DNA of 27,662 bases from a virus. Lineage: Duplodnaviria; Caudoviricetes. A program made the translations under genes and the position numbers. Position 1 is the first letter of the stretch, and each line of letters opens with the position of its first letter. The stretch spans positions 1 through 27,662 of the IMG/VR virus record IMGVR_UViG_3300030372_005099; one strand, written 5' to 3'. Positions 6,244-16,168 of this stretch are shown here, piece by piece. Below the pieces are notes generated by a model. That model saw nothing but the letters and a program-made list of their open reading frames with translations. It was not told the origin of the DNA and made no database searches.

Positions 6244-7098
6244 ATGTCTATATCAAATGTTTTTAATCCAACCACGGGCGGCACTGTTCCCGATGCAGCC
6301 CCAGCTGCTGCTGATGCTTGGAAAGAAATAGCTAATTCAGATGTCACATTATCACAGGGTAATTACACCGCAAGTCATGCAGCAGGACAAAACGGTTTTA
6401 CACATCGTATAACTATTGACACTGGTGCAGATTCAGCATTTTTTGAAACTGCAAAATGTGCTTACCTATATTTCGATACTGGAATTACAATGGCCACTTT
6501 ATCAGCAAATCGGGCCACAGTTATTTCTGTTCTTCTTGAATTTAACATTGCACCTGATAGCGTTCTAGGTGCTGATGCAGATGCGGAATTTCATTTTGGT
6601 CCAGTGATAAACAATAACACGACGATTAGCAGCTCAGGTATGGGCATGTTTGGAGGTTTGATTCTAAACAACAATAATCAGAATGACTTTTTTGCAATGA
6701 TAACCAGCGGTATCGGTAAGGCTGGCAACAACTCAAGCCTTAGCTCCGCTTTTTTAACGCGTGGTGCAGGTGACAACAGCTATCAGCATTCCAATGGTGA
6801 TATATTAAAAACAGTTCAACTGACTGCAACTGGTTTTGCTGCAAAAGAAGCCGGTGACAAATTTGGTGTAACTGGCGGCGACCTGTGCATTGGCCACACA
6901 AAAGGCGCATCGGGCGCAGTGGTCACAAACAGCGAAGAGATGGTTTTAAGAACTGATAGAATTGCAGGCCTTGGAAACCTCTATATCGGTGTAATGTTCG
7001 GTCAGAATACCGATGTAAACGGCAATGGAACAGCCGGCAATAGCAAGACACTTGATTTCAATATTAGATATTTGATTGAACAAATTGTGGATTCTTGA
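6244..7098 (+). CDS. Hypothetical G/N/T-rich beta protein, candidate receptor-binding or fibre protein
   Basis: 284-aa ORF with RBS AAGGGGG. Function is inferred from composition only. Confidence 0.55.
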   Translation: MSISNVFNPTTGGTVPDAAPAAADAWKEIANSDVTLSQGNYTASHAAGQNGFTHRITIDTGADSAFFETAKCAYLYFDTGITMATLSANRATVISVLLEFNIAPDSVLGADADAEFHFGPVINNNTTISSSGMGMFGGLILNNNNQNDFFAMITSGIGKAGNNSSLSSAFLTRGAGDNSYQHSNGDILKTVQLTATGFAAKEAGDKFGVTGGDLCIGHTKGASGAVVTNSEEMVLRTDRIAGLGNLYIGVMFGQNTDVNGNGTAGNSKTLDFNIRYLIEQIVDS

Positions 7099-7446
7099 TT
7101 AATCTTCTTCAGCTTCTTCTACTCTGACCGGTAAACCAAGCTTAAATTTGACCTCTTTTAAATCGTCTTGCTGATGATTTAAACGGATGTGTACACCTGC
7201 GATAGCCTTGCGCATTGCTTCGGTTTGGTTGGCGTGCTGTTGGGTCATTTGTGTGCTAAGCTCGACAAGTTTATTAACAATTTGCTGTTGGCTGTCTTGC
7301 AGCTCGTCAATCATTTGCACGTGTCGCTGAATAATCTTTGGTAAATATTTACCGGCGAGCTTGTATAGCCCCATCAAAAGACTAATAGCCAAAACCAAAG
7401 CTGAAAACGGACCCGTCAACAGCTCCATCAAAACCGAATCTTCCAT
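7099..7446 (-). CDS. Holin-like membrane protein
   Basis: N-terminal hydrophobic segment (LLTGPFSALVLAISLLMGLY) plus coiled coil, located in the lysis cluster. Confidence 0.55.
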   Translation of the reverse strand: MEDSVLMELLTGPFSALVLAISLLMGLYKLAGKYLPKIIQRHVQMIDELQDSQQQIVNKLVELSTQMTQQHANQTEAMRKAIAGVHIRLNHQQDDLKEVKFKLGLPVRVEEAEED

Positions 7447-7667
7447 TAGATTTCCTTTTTAATCAATTTTAAAATGGCGTCGTGTAGCTCAGGCACCGCC
7501 GCCAAGCTTATTTCTTCGGCGATTTCGATGGCTTCTTTTTTGGTGATTTTTTCGCCGCCGTGGCTTTGCGGGTCGCGGGCTTCTTCGACGGCTTCGAGCG
7601 TTTCTTTGATGATGGGGAGGATGACTTTAGCGATTTTGATGGCGATGACGAATCCTTTACCTGACAT
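7446..7667 (-). CDS. Small lysis-cluster protein
   Basis: 73 aa with RBS AAAGGA. Amphipathic N-terminus. Stop overlaps the next ATG. Confidence 0.6.
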   Translation of the reverse strand: MSGKGFVIAIKIAKVILPIIKETLEAVEEARDPQSHGGEKITKKEAIEIAEEISLAAVPELHDAILKLIKKEI

Positions 7668-8281
7668 TTTTTATCCTTTGGCGAGTACTCGCCCGATTCT
7701 AGTTTTTTAAGAGTTTTTTCATGTAAAAGAGTGAAGCTGAATTTGTCGCCGTGGCCGGCCCTAACCTGATAACGGCACAGATTCATAAATGCGTTAAAAT
7801 GGGTAGGGTTGGCAAAAACCATGCAACCGGCCGACCATTTATTTACAATCGTGCTGCCTCTTTCACCGGATTTGTGGCAATTTATGCCGTAGTATCCTTC
7901 AATTTCTGGGCCTTCAAAGTCAATAATCAGGTCTTTTGTATTGTCGCGCCAGACCTTAATTGGGCCGGTTTGAACCAATGCTTCATATTTGCCCCTGTGC
8001 TTTCCTATTGACCACACTGACCGGTACTGTTTATCATGAACCACAATAGCGGTGCCTTGCACCCTTGACGGGTTTAGAAGCCAATACGCGCCCGCGTCGG
8101 TTGTTATTGGAAATTCAGCTTGTTGCCACTCGCCCGCATGTCGATAAACAATGATGATTTTATCATTAAAAACATTTGTGACCTCAGAAGCGGAACGGAT
8201 GCCAATAATATTTAGGTCGTACTCACCATCAAAAGTCACAAAACCCATTGTTTCTAAATGTTGCAAAATTTTTGGTTTCAT
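7508..8281 (-). CDS. Putative endolysin (His...WSAGC, L,D-transpeptidase-like) with a Lys-rich tail
   Basis: 'GINCHKSG...VNKWSAGCMVF' catalytic-like His/Cys pair. Located between tail genes and the holin-like gene. Confidence 0.65.
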   Translation of the reverse strand: MKPKILQHLETMGFVTFDGEYDLNIIGIRSASEVTNVFNDKIIIVYRHAGEWQQAEFPITTDAGAYWLLNPSRVQGTAIVVHDKQYRSVWSIGKHRGKYEALVQTGPIKVWRDNTKDLIIDFEGPEIEGYYGINCHKSGERGSTIVNKWSAGCMVFANPTHFNAFMNLCRYQVRAGHGDKFSFTLLHEKTLKKLESGEYSPKDKKCQVKDSSSPSKSLKSSSPSSKKRSKPSKKPATRKATAAKKSPKKKPSKSPKK

Positions 8282-9891
8282 GGTCTTAGCCCCAAAGGCG
8301 GCAAAAATAGAATTGTAACAATGCAGCTGCGGTTGCCGAAATCGATGTCGACGCCGCTAATCATACCGACCCGATTATAGAAAGTTTTCTTTTCATTTCT
8401 ACCATATAATATTGACGATGTCACACTGACATTGTCACCGGCAACAAATCGCGACATGTGCAGCTGCATTTCCAAGCTGATTTTTTCCGCTACAAGCCTT
8501 TGATAGTTTTCCATTCTGGCACCGTCAGCTGTGGCCATATTGGCGCGGGTGAATTGCGGGTCATAGGTTAGCCCGTCGCCACGGTCAACCGCTTGCGCGT
8601 AGGCTGGCAATGAATCAAGGTTTGTGCCTGTCCTGACTAATGTTTTATTTCCGTCTTGGTCTCTTACAATGTTGAAGCTGCTAAAAACCGCGTTTGCGTT
8701 TGTGTCAAACAAATCATGTGAAGCTACCCTTATTATGTCGTCGTCTGTTATTTCATAGGCTATCGATTTTAAAGGGTTCGGCGTCGTTGGGCTGTAAGGG
8801 TCAGTTACCCCGCGCCAACTAACGCGGCCCTGTCTTAAAACCGGCCACTGTCCAAGGTCCGAAGCTTTGCCGCTGATGGTCCTAATAAATTCTGTTTGTG
8901 GACTGTTTAAAGCTATGCGCCATCGATAAGTAGTACTAGCTGCGACGATATAGGCTTTTTGTTGCTCTGCGTCGACATAATCATATATATCAGCGGGTAA
9001 CTCGCCAAAGCCGCTAACAGACCATTGTGAGGGCAAATCATCAAGGGCGCCCGAACCGCTGCCGCTTTGGATAATCTTACCGATAATGTGCGGTGGAAAA
9101 TCTGCTATTTGTGCGTAGTTGTAAATAACCGAATTTGAGCTTGTAATGCTTGCCGGAAAAACCGAGCTTCCTGTCAGGCTTGGATAACTAACAACTAGAG
9201 GAGAAGCTGACATTGTGAGATAACCAGCTACGCCGCTTGTTATTGTTTTGCTCGACCATTCAGCAAATAATATTTCTTGCGGGGTGTTGCTTGGGTTGAA
9301 TATACCAATCAAGCCACGCCCTGAGCTATCGCGTTGAAAAATCGTTACGTCTGTAACAGCGAGCTGGGTATCGGTTGCAATTGCGAAATTGCTGGTCATG
9401 GTTGTGCTTTGGCCTAGCGAATAAAACAAGGCTGATTTATGCAAACCCAAGCCCGAATCATAACGAACATCAAAACGATTATTGAGCGTCGATAACGCAT
9501 CATCAAAAGAGAGCTCGAATGTTTCAAAATTAATTTTGCGTATCCCGGACAACGACCCCCAAATCAACCGCTGATAATTTGCCGGCGCGTAATCCTTAAA
9601 ACCCACATATAAAATTGCGACTGAGCCCCGATTTATATTTTGGCTAATGGTTCTATAATCACCAACTAAGCGAAGCGAAAATTCACCGAATGAGGTTGAA
9701 AAGCTTTGATTTACAACGCGCGTTCCATTGATTCGCACCTGTTCAGACTGAATTTGTATTTTAGTATTTGAATTATCAATCGTGTAATCGGTGCCCACTC
9801 CAAATTTAGTGCGTATGAATTCCAACCTAAAAACAAAATCTGATGTCTGACGGTTTTTTAAATCGGTTTGGAATTGGGCGGACCATGTCAT
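8278..9891 (-). CDS. Tail tip or baseplate hub protein
   Basis: Second gene after the tape measure, 537 aa, beta-rich, with a hub-like C-terminus ('GDNVSVTS...GMISGVDIDF'). Confidence 0.6.
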   Translation of the reverse strand: MTWSAQFQTDLKNRQTSDFVFRLEFIRTKFGVGTDYTIDNSNTKIQIQSEQVRINGTRVVNQSFSTSFGEFSLRLVGDYRTISQNINRGSVAILYVGFKDYAPANYQRLIWGSLSGIRKINFETFELSFDDALSTLNNRFDVRYDSGLGLHKSALFYSLGQSTTMTSNFAIATDTQLAVTDVTIFQRDSSGRGLIGIFNPSNTPQEILFAEWSSKTITSGVAGYLTMSASPLVVSYPSLTGSSVFPASITSSNSVIYNYAQIADFPPHIIGKIIQSGSGSGALDDLPSQWSVSGFGELPADIYDYVDAEQQKAYIVAASTTYRWRIALNSPQTEFIRTISGKASDLGQWPVLRQGRVSWRGVTDPYSPTTPNPLKSIAYEITDDDIIRVASHDLFDTNANAVFSSFNIVRDQDGNKTLVRTGTNLDSLPAYAQAVDRGDGLTYDPQFTRANMATADGARMENYQRLVAEKISLEMQLHMSRFVAGDNVSVTSSILYGRNEKKTFYNRVGMISGVDIDFGNRSCIVTILFLPPLGLRP

Positions 9892-10751
9892 GTGGCTATC
9901 TTTGGCTCGATTGTGGGTTCGGTTATCAAGCTTGTGCCGATGTCGCTAGTGTTTGTTACTTCTTCCGCTGATATAAAGCCAGACGAAGCCAAGACACTAT
10001 CGGCGCCACTTGTCGCAGCGTCGCCGAATGCGTTAGTCAACTCGCCAAGCTCATTTCCAACGGGCAAAAAGTTACTGAAATATTGAAAATAATCAGGCGT
10101 TAGCATGACATCAAGTGAAAACAAAAACCCGCGCTCATTTGAAATCATATTGGCCGACAAGTTGTTAGCCGGCCGCTTGAGATTTGGCCAAAACCGATAA
10201 TATCTAACACCGATAACACCGGTATCAAAATCATATAGAATCGGATTCGTTAAGGTTATGGTCCCGTGAGCGGTGGCCGTGGCCGTAATGCTTTGGACCT
10301 TGACAAGTTGGTAAACCATAGCTGGGTTTTGTGTTTCAATCATCAAATAATCATTTGCAGCTACAATTTTGTTTCCAACGATGTTGCGTAAAATATTCGA
10401 GCTGACTCTAATAACCGTATCACCAGCTTTAGCTGGGTGTGTTAGAAATGTAGCGTATGATTTATCGGCGTCACTGCATAGGGCTGTGCTTCCGCCCCTG
10501 TCTAAATGGCTTTGTAGCGTCATCAGGTCGCGATATTTATCTTCACCGCTAATCATGCGGTCACGCTGCACCCTGACCATTTCGCTAACCCTTCCAACGG
10601 TTCTATATCTTCGGCCGGTATAGCTCACGCCGTCCTGAGCGTCAATGTCATAATCGGAATACAGCTCCGCTAAACCTTCGCCTAAATCAATCGTAGCTAA
10701 GTATGGCGTTTGACTTGGTGAAGGATAAAAATAAAACTTTGCATTTCCCAT
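9888..10751 (-). CDS. Distal-tail-like protein
   Basis: Immediately downstream of the tape measure. Called from synteny. Confidence 0.5.
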   Translation of the reverse strand: MGNAKFYFYPSPSQTPYLATIDLGEGLAELYSDYDIDAQDGVSYTGRRYRTVGRVSEMVRVQRDRMISGEDKYRDLMTLQSHLDRGGSTALCSDADKSYATFLTHPAKAGDTVIRVSSNILRNIVGNKIVAANDYLMIETQNPAMVYQLVKVQSITATATAHGTITLTNPILYDFDTGVIGVRYYRFWPNLKRPANNLSANMISNERGFLFSLDVMLTPDYFQYFSNFLPVGNELGELTNAFGDAATSGADSVLASSGFISAEEVTNTSDIGTSLITEPTIEPKIAT

Positions 10752-10754
10752 GAT

Positions 10755-12812
10755 TCACCTGTTGAAAAGAGCTGTTTTACCGACGCCAAAAGCTCCGAAT
10801 CGATGCTCAAGCCTTCTAACTAGTTCGTCAATAGCCCTATTCTCGACGACAGCCGAGTTTATCACAATATTGATACCAGAGGCGCCCGCTTGGTTAAAAG
10901 TCCGCTGTTCGGCCTGTCCTGTGCGACCTGAGGCCGGCACAATTGCCTCCCCCTCATGCAACATGGCTAAACCCCGCTTTCCTCCAGTGAATGAAATACC
11001 GCTTTGGGCCGTCATGAATCCGCCAGACATCATTGATGCCTTAACACTATCGGGAACATCCTCAAAACCTAACAAAGACGCTAAAAGCGGCCTATTTTCC
11101 ACAAAATTTGCAGCTTTGTTTTTTAATTTTTCGCCTTTGAAAAAATCAACGATTGGCTGAAACAGCCGCGCAAAAGCTTGCAAAATTAAGAGGGGCAATT
11201 TTAAAATATGCTCTCCAATTCCTTTTATCAATTGAATAACAAAAACCGGCAATATTTCAATCAATACAGCCGGCAACATTGCCAAGCCTTTTGCAACTGC
11301 TTTGGCAAAATTCTCAAATTCCTTTTTTAGTTCAGCCGGTGATTTTTCACCTAATGCCGCCAAACCTTGAATAGCGCCGGCAATGCTTGACCCTATCGGG
11401 CCAAAGGCCGCACCAATACCCCTGACAAGGCCGTCAGGGCTTGAAATCATTCTTATACTGTCTGATACCTTTTCCAGCGCTACGCCGATACGCTCTAAAT
11501 TTAAAGCGCTAAAAAAAGCTTCGTCTGCTTGTTGTGCTAATGCAAATTGATTGGCTAATGACTGGTCAAAACCGTCAATTATTGTGTGCCCGACCAATTT
11601 AAATTGAACGCCTGACGCGTTAGCGTTTGCCGCTTTCGGGTCAATAGCAACACCAGCGGCCGAGCTGGTAGCAGGACCCCCACCGCCCCCGCCCGCCGGC
11701 GCGGTTGCCTTGCTTACGTCTTCCATGGCTTTTCTAAATTCAGCCGCGTCTTTTCTTGCAAGCGCTAAATTTTCACCGAAGCTGGGCAGCTGGTGGTTTA
11801 TTAAAGCATCCATTGCAGTTCCGACTACATCAAAAGTGTCAGCCAAAAGCAAAGCATCAGAAGCAAAGCCCCCGATAATTGGTATTTGTCGAACAAGTCC
11901 AACGCCAAAAGCTTTGGTTAACTCAACACCTAAACCAAAAAACAGCTTTACCACTTCAATAACGATTTTAAAGCTATCAGTAAGCTCTTGTGTGTAGATA
12001 GAAATTAAACGGCTACCAATTGCGACCTGTTCAGCCAAGTCTAAAACAAGCGTGGCGACATCATCGCCGAAGGCTTCTACAAAAGTAGATTTTAAGCCTT
12101 TTACAACCATGTCAAGACTAGCAACATTTCTTTGAAATTTAGAAGCGGCAGCTGACGCTTTCGGGCCTGTTCTAACCCCGAATTTTTCGGTCAATCGGAC
12201 AAAACTTTCTAAACCGTCAGAGTCGCCTAACGCTTGAAGCAATGCACCAGCCTGACGCCCAAAAATATCCGAAGCAATAGCGGCGCGGGTTGTCGTGTCT
12301 TCAACACCTTGCAACGCTGCAATTGTTTCCTCTAAAACGGTGTTTGCATTTCTAAAAGAGCCGTCAGCGTTAAAAACTTCAACATCTAATTCGGCGAAGC
12401 CTTGCGCGGCGCGTGATGATTCGACTTTAGCTTGGCTTAAAACGCTTGGGAAACGGGTAAATATTGCGGTCGCTTGGCTGGCGCTTTGGCCGCTGGCTTC
12501 TAGTGCAAATTGCAGGGCTTTGATATTTTCGGCGCTGATGGCTGAGCGCGCGGATAAATCATTAATGTCATTGACCAAATCGGCGCTTTGTTGTGTAAAG
12601 TCAAATATTGCCTTAGCGCCATCTATAAAGGCTTTTGCAACCTTCACAACGCCGGTGGCGATTGCTGCCATTGCAACGCCGACACCAGCGGCCGCAGCCG
12701 TGACTTTTACTAAGCCCTTTTGCGCTGCAAAAGATTCTTTAGCGAGGCCCTTTAAATTTTGGTTACCTTGCTGGGTTGATACCTTTAAAATATAATCTAC
12801 AGTTTTTGCCAT
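10755..12812 (-). CDS. Tail tape measure protein
   Basis: 685 aa, Ala-rich and helical, with '...RAAIASDIFGR', hydrophobic segments and C-terminal 'AMLHEGEAIVP'. Confidence 0.9.
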   Translation of the reverse strand: MAKTVDYILKVSTQQGNQNLKGLAKESFAAQKGLVKVTAAAAGVGVAMAAIATGVVKVAKAFIDGAKAIFDFTQQSADLVNDINDLSARSAISAENIKALQFALEASGQSASQATAIFTRFPSVLSQAKVESSRAAQGFAELDVEVFNADGSFRNANTVLEETIAALQGVEDTTTRAAIASDIFGRQAGALLQALGDSDGLESFVRLTEKFGVRTGPKASAAASKFQRNVASLDMVVKGLKSTFVEAFGDDVATLVLDLAEQVAIGSRLISIYTQELTDSFKIVIEVVKLFFGLGVELTKAFGVGLVRQIPIIGGFASDALLLADTFDVVGTAMDALINHQLPSFGENLALARKDAAEFRKAMEDVSKATAPAGGGGGGPATSSAAGVAIDPKAANANASGVQFKLVGHTIIDGFDQSLANQFALAQQADEAFFSALNLERIGVALEKVSDSIRMISSPDGLVRGIGAAFGPIGSSIAGAIQGLAALGEKSPAELKKEFENFAKAVAKGLAMLPAVLIEILPVFVIQLIKGIGEHILKLPLLILQAFARLFQPIVDFFKGEKLKNKAANFVENRPLLASLLGFEDVPDSVKASMMSGGFMTAQSGISFTGGKRGLAMLHEGEAIVPASGRTGQAEQRTFNQAGASGINIVINSAVVENRAIDELVRRLEHRFGAFGVGKTALFNR

Positions 12813-12813
12813 T

Positions 12814-13035
12814 TCACACCATGTCGACCATTTCCATTATAGAAATAACTGGGAAAATCATGTCGCCTTTTTTGCGTTTTTGCATTGCTTCTTGTGCGCG
12901 TTTCGAACGGCTAACGACGCATTGAACACATAAGAAAAGTTCCGACCACGATAAAGATAAAATTTCGGACGGCAATTTTCCGTAGCTGCGCGCGATAATG
13001 TCGATAATGTCGATAAAGTCCGCGTCATTCTGGAA
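12814..13035 (-). CDS. Tail assembly chaperone extension (gpT-like) in the +1 frame
   Basis: Open frame FQNDADFIDIIDIIARSYGKLPSEILSLSWSELFLCVQ...DMV* ending 1 nt before the tape measure ATG. No early ATG. Confidence 0.7.
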   Translation of the reverse strand, partial: FQNDADFIDIIDIIARSYGKLPSEILSLSWSELFLCVQCVVSRSKRAQEAMQKRKKGDMIFPVISIMEMVDMV

Positions 13036-13498
13036 AGTTTTCCAGCTTTTCGCTGGCCTCCTTTACCGAAAGCATAGCCTTTTCAAATATCAGGTTTTTA
13101 TCATCTTGTGAAAGCACGCCCACCCAAAGAACATTTCTTAACGGGTTTTGCTGTGACTCATTGACGCATAAAAGCAGCTTCTCCCACGCCTCGCCATCTT
13201 GGCTTGCCTTGTCGACGACTTGGCAAATTATTCGGTCTTGCATGCTGCCGAAAGTTAATAAATCCTCCGGCGTTAGAGATTCAATTTTTGCTAATATTTT
13301 CTCTTCTTTTGTTTTCTCGTCGGCGTCCGTTTGTGGAGTCATTGCCGTCATCATTTTGCTCATCAGAGTTTTTGAAGCAATACCGGCCGCCTGAGCTTCG
13401 ATAGGGGAAAGCACGCGCCCGCTCAAATGAAGCTGGCCGTCGAAACATTCGGTCGACCATCGGGATTTGTCCGCTAGTTCTTTTAAGATTGGAATCAT
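13025..13498 (-). CDS. Tail assembly chaperone (gpG-like)
   Basis: Lies between the tail tube and tape measure genes. RBS AGGAG. Ends AAC TTT CCA GAA TGA. Confidence 0.75.
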   Translation of the reverse strand: MIPILKELADKSRWSTECFDGQLHLSGRVLSPIEAQAAGIASKTLMSKMMTAMTPQTDADEKTKEEKILAKIESLTPEDLLTFGSMQDRIICQVVDKASQDGEAWEKLLLCVNESQQNPLRNVLWVGVLSQDDKNLIFEKAMLSVKEASEKLENFPE

Positions 13499-13530
13499 TA
13501 ATTTCTTCTCCTGTTGTTGTGTGAAATTGT

Positions 13531-14505
13531 TTAGATTGGATTGGCATTGTCATTTATCATGTTTATCTTGATTGCTTCGTTGCCCGACGAATCAACAGTG
13601 CCCAAAAATGTAATTGTTCTTTCTATCCTGCCAAATGTTGTTACTGAATCGCTGTATTCTTCTATCACTGCATTGTAAATCGTAAACACCATTTGATTGT
13701 TGCCGGTTCCGGTCATGGTTAAAACTACATCGGAATCAGTCGCGGTCGGTGTGGCTATGCTGCTTGTGTAAAGGGTGTTATCATCCAAATCCATTGTAGC
13801 TGTAAATCGGACTTCGCGCACGTCGCCGGTATTCGGTTCAGAAGTCAGCTGGCTTCCAAGCAGGTTGCGGCGTTCGATTTTATTATCAATTGTGATTTCA
13901 AAGCTTCGCGCGGTGTAGGTGTTGCCATCCCATGTAATTGAGCTGCTTTGATGATGTAGAACGGGCAAGCCCGAAGCTGGAAAACTGGCGCCATGGGTGG
14001 CAGGGTTGAAGGTTGCGCGGGCTGATGCGTCTTGCGCGATTATCTCCGCGCTAAATTGAGCTTCTTCACCTGCCGCACATGATATGGTCAAAGTATTAAT
14101 AACGCAGCCTTTGAATTCTTCTTTACTTGGGTTGCCGCTTTGGGCGGCGCCACGGTGCAAAGTCATAGTCAAGCTTGGCAAGTTTTCAGCTACCGTAAAG
14201 CTGTGCGTCGTTGGGCTTGACCCAGCTGAACTTACCGCACCCAAAGCTGCTTTTAAAATGTCACCATTGCCGGCATAATGTAAAGGGCCGCTAACATTGC
14301 CGCCGGTAATGTTAAACGCGTCAAATGTGCTCCGAACAAAGCCCGCGTCACCTTGGTTTAAATGTGTCTTGCGGGCGCGTTCAATCGTCTTTTGGAGCGT
14401 GCAAGATACCAAGCGCATATCGGTATAGCCTGAACCGGCCGCAGTGCCGTAAGTTGATTCTTCTGCGACTTGTATAAACGCATTTCTGCCGAATTGAATA
14501 GCCAT
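13531..14505 (-). CDS. Major tail tube protein
   Basis: 'AEESTYGTA', 'FKGCVINTLTI', 'SFEITIDNKIERR' typical of siphophage tube proteins; synteny agrees. Confidence 0.85.
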   Translation of the reverse strand: MAIQFGRNAFIQVAEESTYGTAAGSGYTDMRLVSCTLQKTIERARKTHLNQGDAGFVRSTFDAFNITGGNVSGPLHYAGNGDILKAALGAVSSAGSSPTTHSFTVAENLPSLTMTLHRGAAQSGNPSKEEFKGCVINTLTISCAAGEEAQFSAEIIAQDASARATFNPATHGASFPASGLPVLHHQSSSITWDGNTYTARSFEITIDNKIERRNLLGSQLTSEPNTGDVREVRFTATMDLDDNTLYTSSIATPTATDSDVVLTMTGTGNNQMVFTIYNAVIEEYSDSVTTFGRIERTITFLGTVDSSGNEAIKINMINDNANPI

Positions 14506-14518
14506 TTTTTTCCCCTAA

Positions 14519-15286
14519 TTATGATGATGGTAATTTGTTTTTGATTTTTAAAAGGCACCTGACTTTATAAGTCAAATCGTTAGTCGTGTATACATCCAGA
14601 CCAACAGCATAATCGGTGTTATTGCTGCCTGATATGGCACGAATTGAAGCGTAACCATTTAAAAAATAAGTGTCATCTGACGAATAACGGCCGGTTGAAT
14701 CGTTGCCGCTTGAGTCTAAACTTTTCGGCTGAATCCTTTTAATCCCTTCGAATGATAACCGGTTATTGTACGGGTCCACATATGAAGCAAACAGCGGGCG
14801 AAGGTCGAACCAAATATCTATTTTTTCGCCTTCGTCTTTAGTGAATACAATTTCAGGTTCTGAGCGGCCCGTATCGGTTAGCGTAGGCCTTACTAATCTA
14901 ACAGGGCGCCCTAACCATATGTAACCAGTTTTAGCGCTTGAAATGCTCGGGCTGGTTGCGGGGTCACTGCCCGCGTCAGCGTCACCAAAATATACATAAA
15001 CCAAGCTGGTTGAGCTTTGGTCATCAATCGCCACGGCATCAAGCTGCAATTGAAGCGTTCGGCTAGCATGGTTTGCACCGCTGGCGCGACCGTACGCAAT
15101 AGGCGTGGACCCGTCAGCCGAATAAACCTTAATATCATAAAAATTTGCTAGCGTGTTATTCCAGAAAACATCCCAGTCCGGCGGAATTTCGACATTTACG
15201 TCAATAGTCGTGGCGCCGCCGCCAGTGTAAACCGGAATCGAAATTGGAGCTCTGTAAGTAAAAGCTGAATCAGCCCATGTAGCCAT
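14519..15286 (-). CDS. DUF2341-like virion protein
   Basis: 'W...FTYRAPISI...DIKVYSADGSTPIAY...VYVYFGD' resembles DUF2341 from memory. Confidence 0.55.
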   Translation of the reverse strand: MATWADSAFTYRAPISIPVYTGGGATTIDVNVEIPPDWDVFWNNTLANFYDIKVYSADGSTPIAYGRASGANHASRTLQLQLDAVAIDDQSSTSLVYVYFGDADAGSDPATSPSISSAKTGYIWLGRPVRLVRPTLTDTGRSEPEIVFTKDEGEKIDIWFDLRPLFASYVDPYNNRLSFEGIKRIQPKSLDSSGNDSTGRYSSDDTYFLNGYASIRAISGSNNTDYAVGLDVYTTNDLTYKVRCLLKIKNKLPSS

Positions 15287-15747
15287 TAGTCACCCCTGTC
15301 TGTTTGTCGCTTTACTCGCAGCTGAATGTATGCAATTCCAACATTTGGTATACCAAATTTATCGCCGTCACGCGCTAAAAAACTACAATTGACATCGTCA
15401 ACAATTCCATCAGTAAAACCTAAAAGCCTGTCGGCCGTTATTGCCTTGATTATGTCAGATGCCAAATTAACCGCAGCTTGACGGCGCGAATCAATGGCCG
15501 AGCTTGTGCCGCCAACATAGCAAATTATTGAGAATTCAGCTTCGCCTTGGTAACGGCCCAAAGCTTGGCCGGCTTCTTCAATAAAATCCACGAATTTTAC
15601 GGTTGCATATGGTATGTAAGGCGGTTCGGTTACCTCACCAATTACAACCCTGTTTTGAAGGTCTAAACCACTGTAGCCGCTCGAATAGTCGGCGGCGATT
15701 GTTGTTTTGATTGCATCTTCAATTTTTATAATCGGTGAATCAGCCAA
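15286..15747 (-). CDS. Tail terminator protein
   Basis: 'PPYIPYATV' motif, size and position. Confidence 0.65.
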   Translation of the reverse strand: MADSPIIKIEDAIKTTIAADYSSGYSGLDLQNRVVIGEVTEPPYIPYATVKFVDFIEEAGQALGRYQGEAEFSIICYVGGTSSAIDSRRQAAVNLASDIIKAITADRLLGFTDGIVDDVNCSFLARDGDKFGIPNVGIAYIQLRVKRQTDRGD

Positions 15748-16168
15748 AATTCTTACCCTCTAAAGCAAGGCGCGTGGCCTTGTCGATGTCTGCATTAAAA
15801 CGCGGTAAAACCTTGTCGCGCGCGCGTTGCATGTAGCGTTTTGGGCGTATGTTAAAAGGGCCGCCGCCGAATTCTTGTACGGCCGCGTAAACAACTTCAG
15901 CTGGGGGGTTAAGCCTTGGGTCGTTTCCGGCAATGCTATGCCCACCGGCGCGCAGTATGGCGGTTAATAACCCGTCTTTGACAATGGTTGTGCCGGTTAT
16001 GCTGTTTCTAAGCCGGCCCGTAACAACGCGCGGAAAAGAGGTAGCGTTTATTTTTGCGGCGCGCATTGCCCGCAAAGCGTTTTTATGTAGGGCATTTCGA
16101 ACATTTTTGGTTAAGCGCCCTTCCATTTCATTAAGAGTATTAACAAAATCATCGAAAGAGAAGCTCAT
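15740..16168 (-). CDS. HK97 gp10-like tail completion protein
   Basis: 'PRVVTGRLRNSI...YAAVQEFG...RPKRYMQRA'. Confidence 0.8.
   Translation of the reverse strand: MSFSFDDFVNTLNEMEGRLTKNVRNALHKNALRAMRAAKINATSFPRVVTGRLRNSITGTTIVKDGLLTAILRAGGHSIAGNDPRLNPPAEVVYAAVQEFGGGPFNIRPKRYMQRARDKVLPRFNADIDKATRLALEGKNFG

Noticed and set aside
12993-13016. Short tandem repeat (cgataatgt)x2+
   Set aside because: It encodes IDIIDII in the chaperone extension frame and is too short to imply a separate function.
13517-13532. AACAATTTCACACA resembles the lac/M13-reverse leader, suggesting vector contamination
   Set aside because: The match is only about 14 nt, the flanks are continuous phage genes, and a related copy occurs at 5767-5778.
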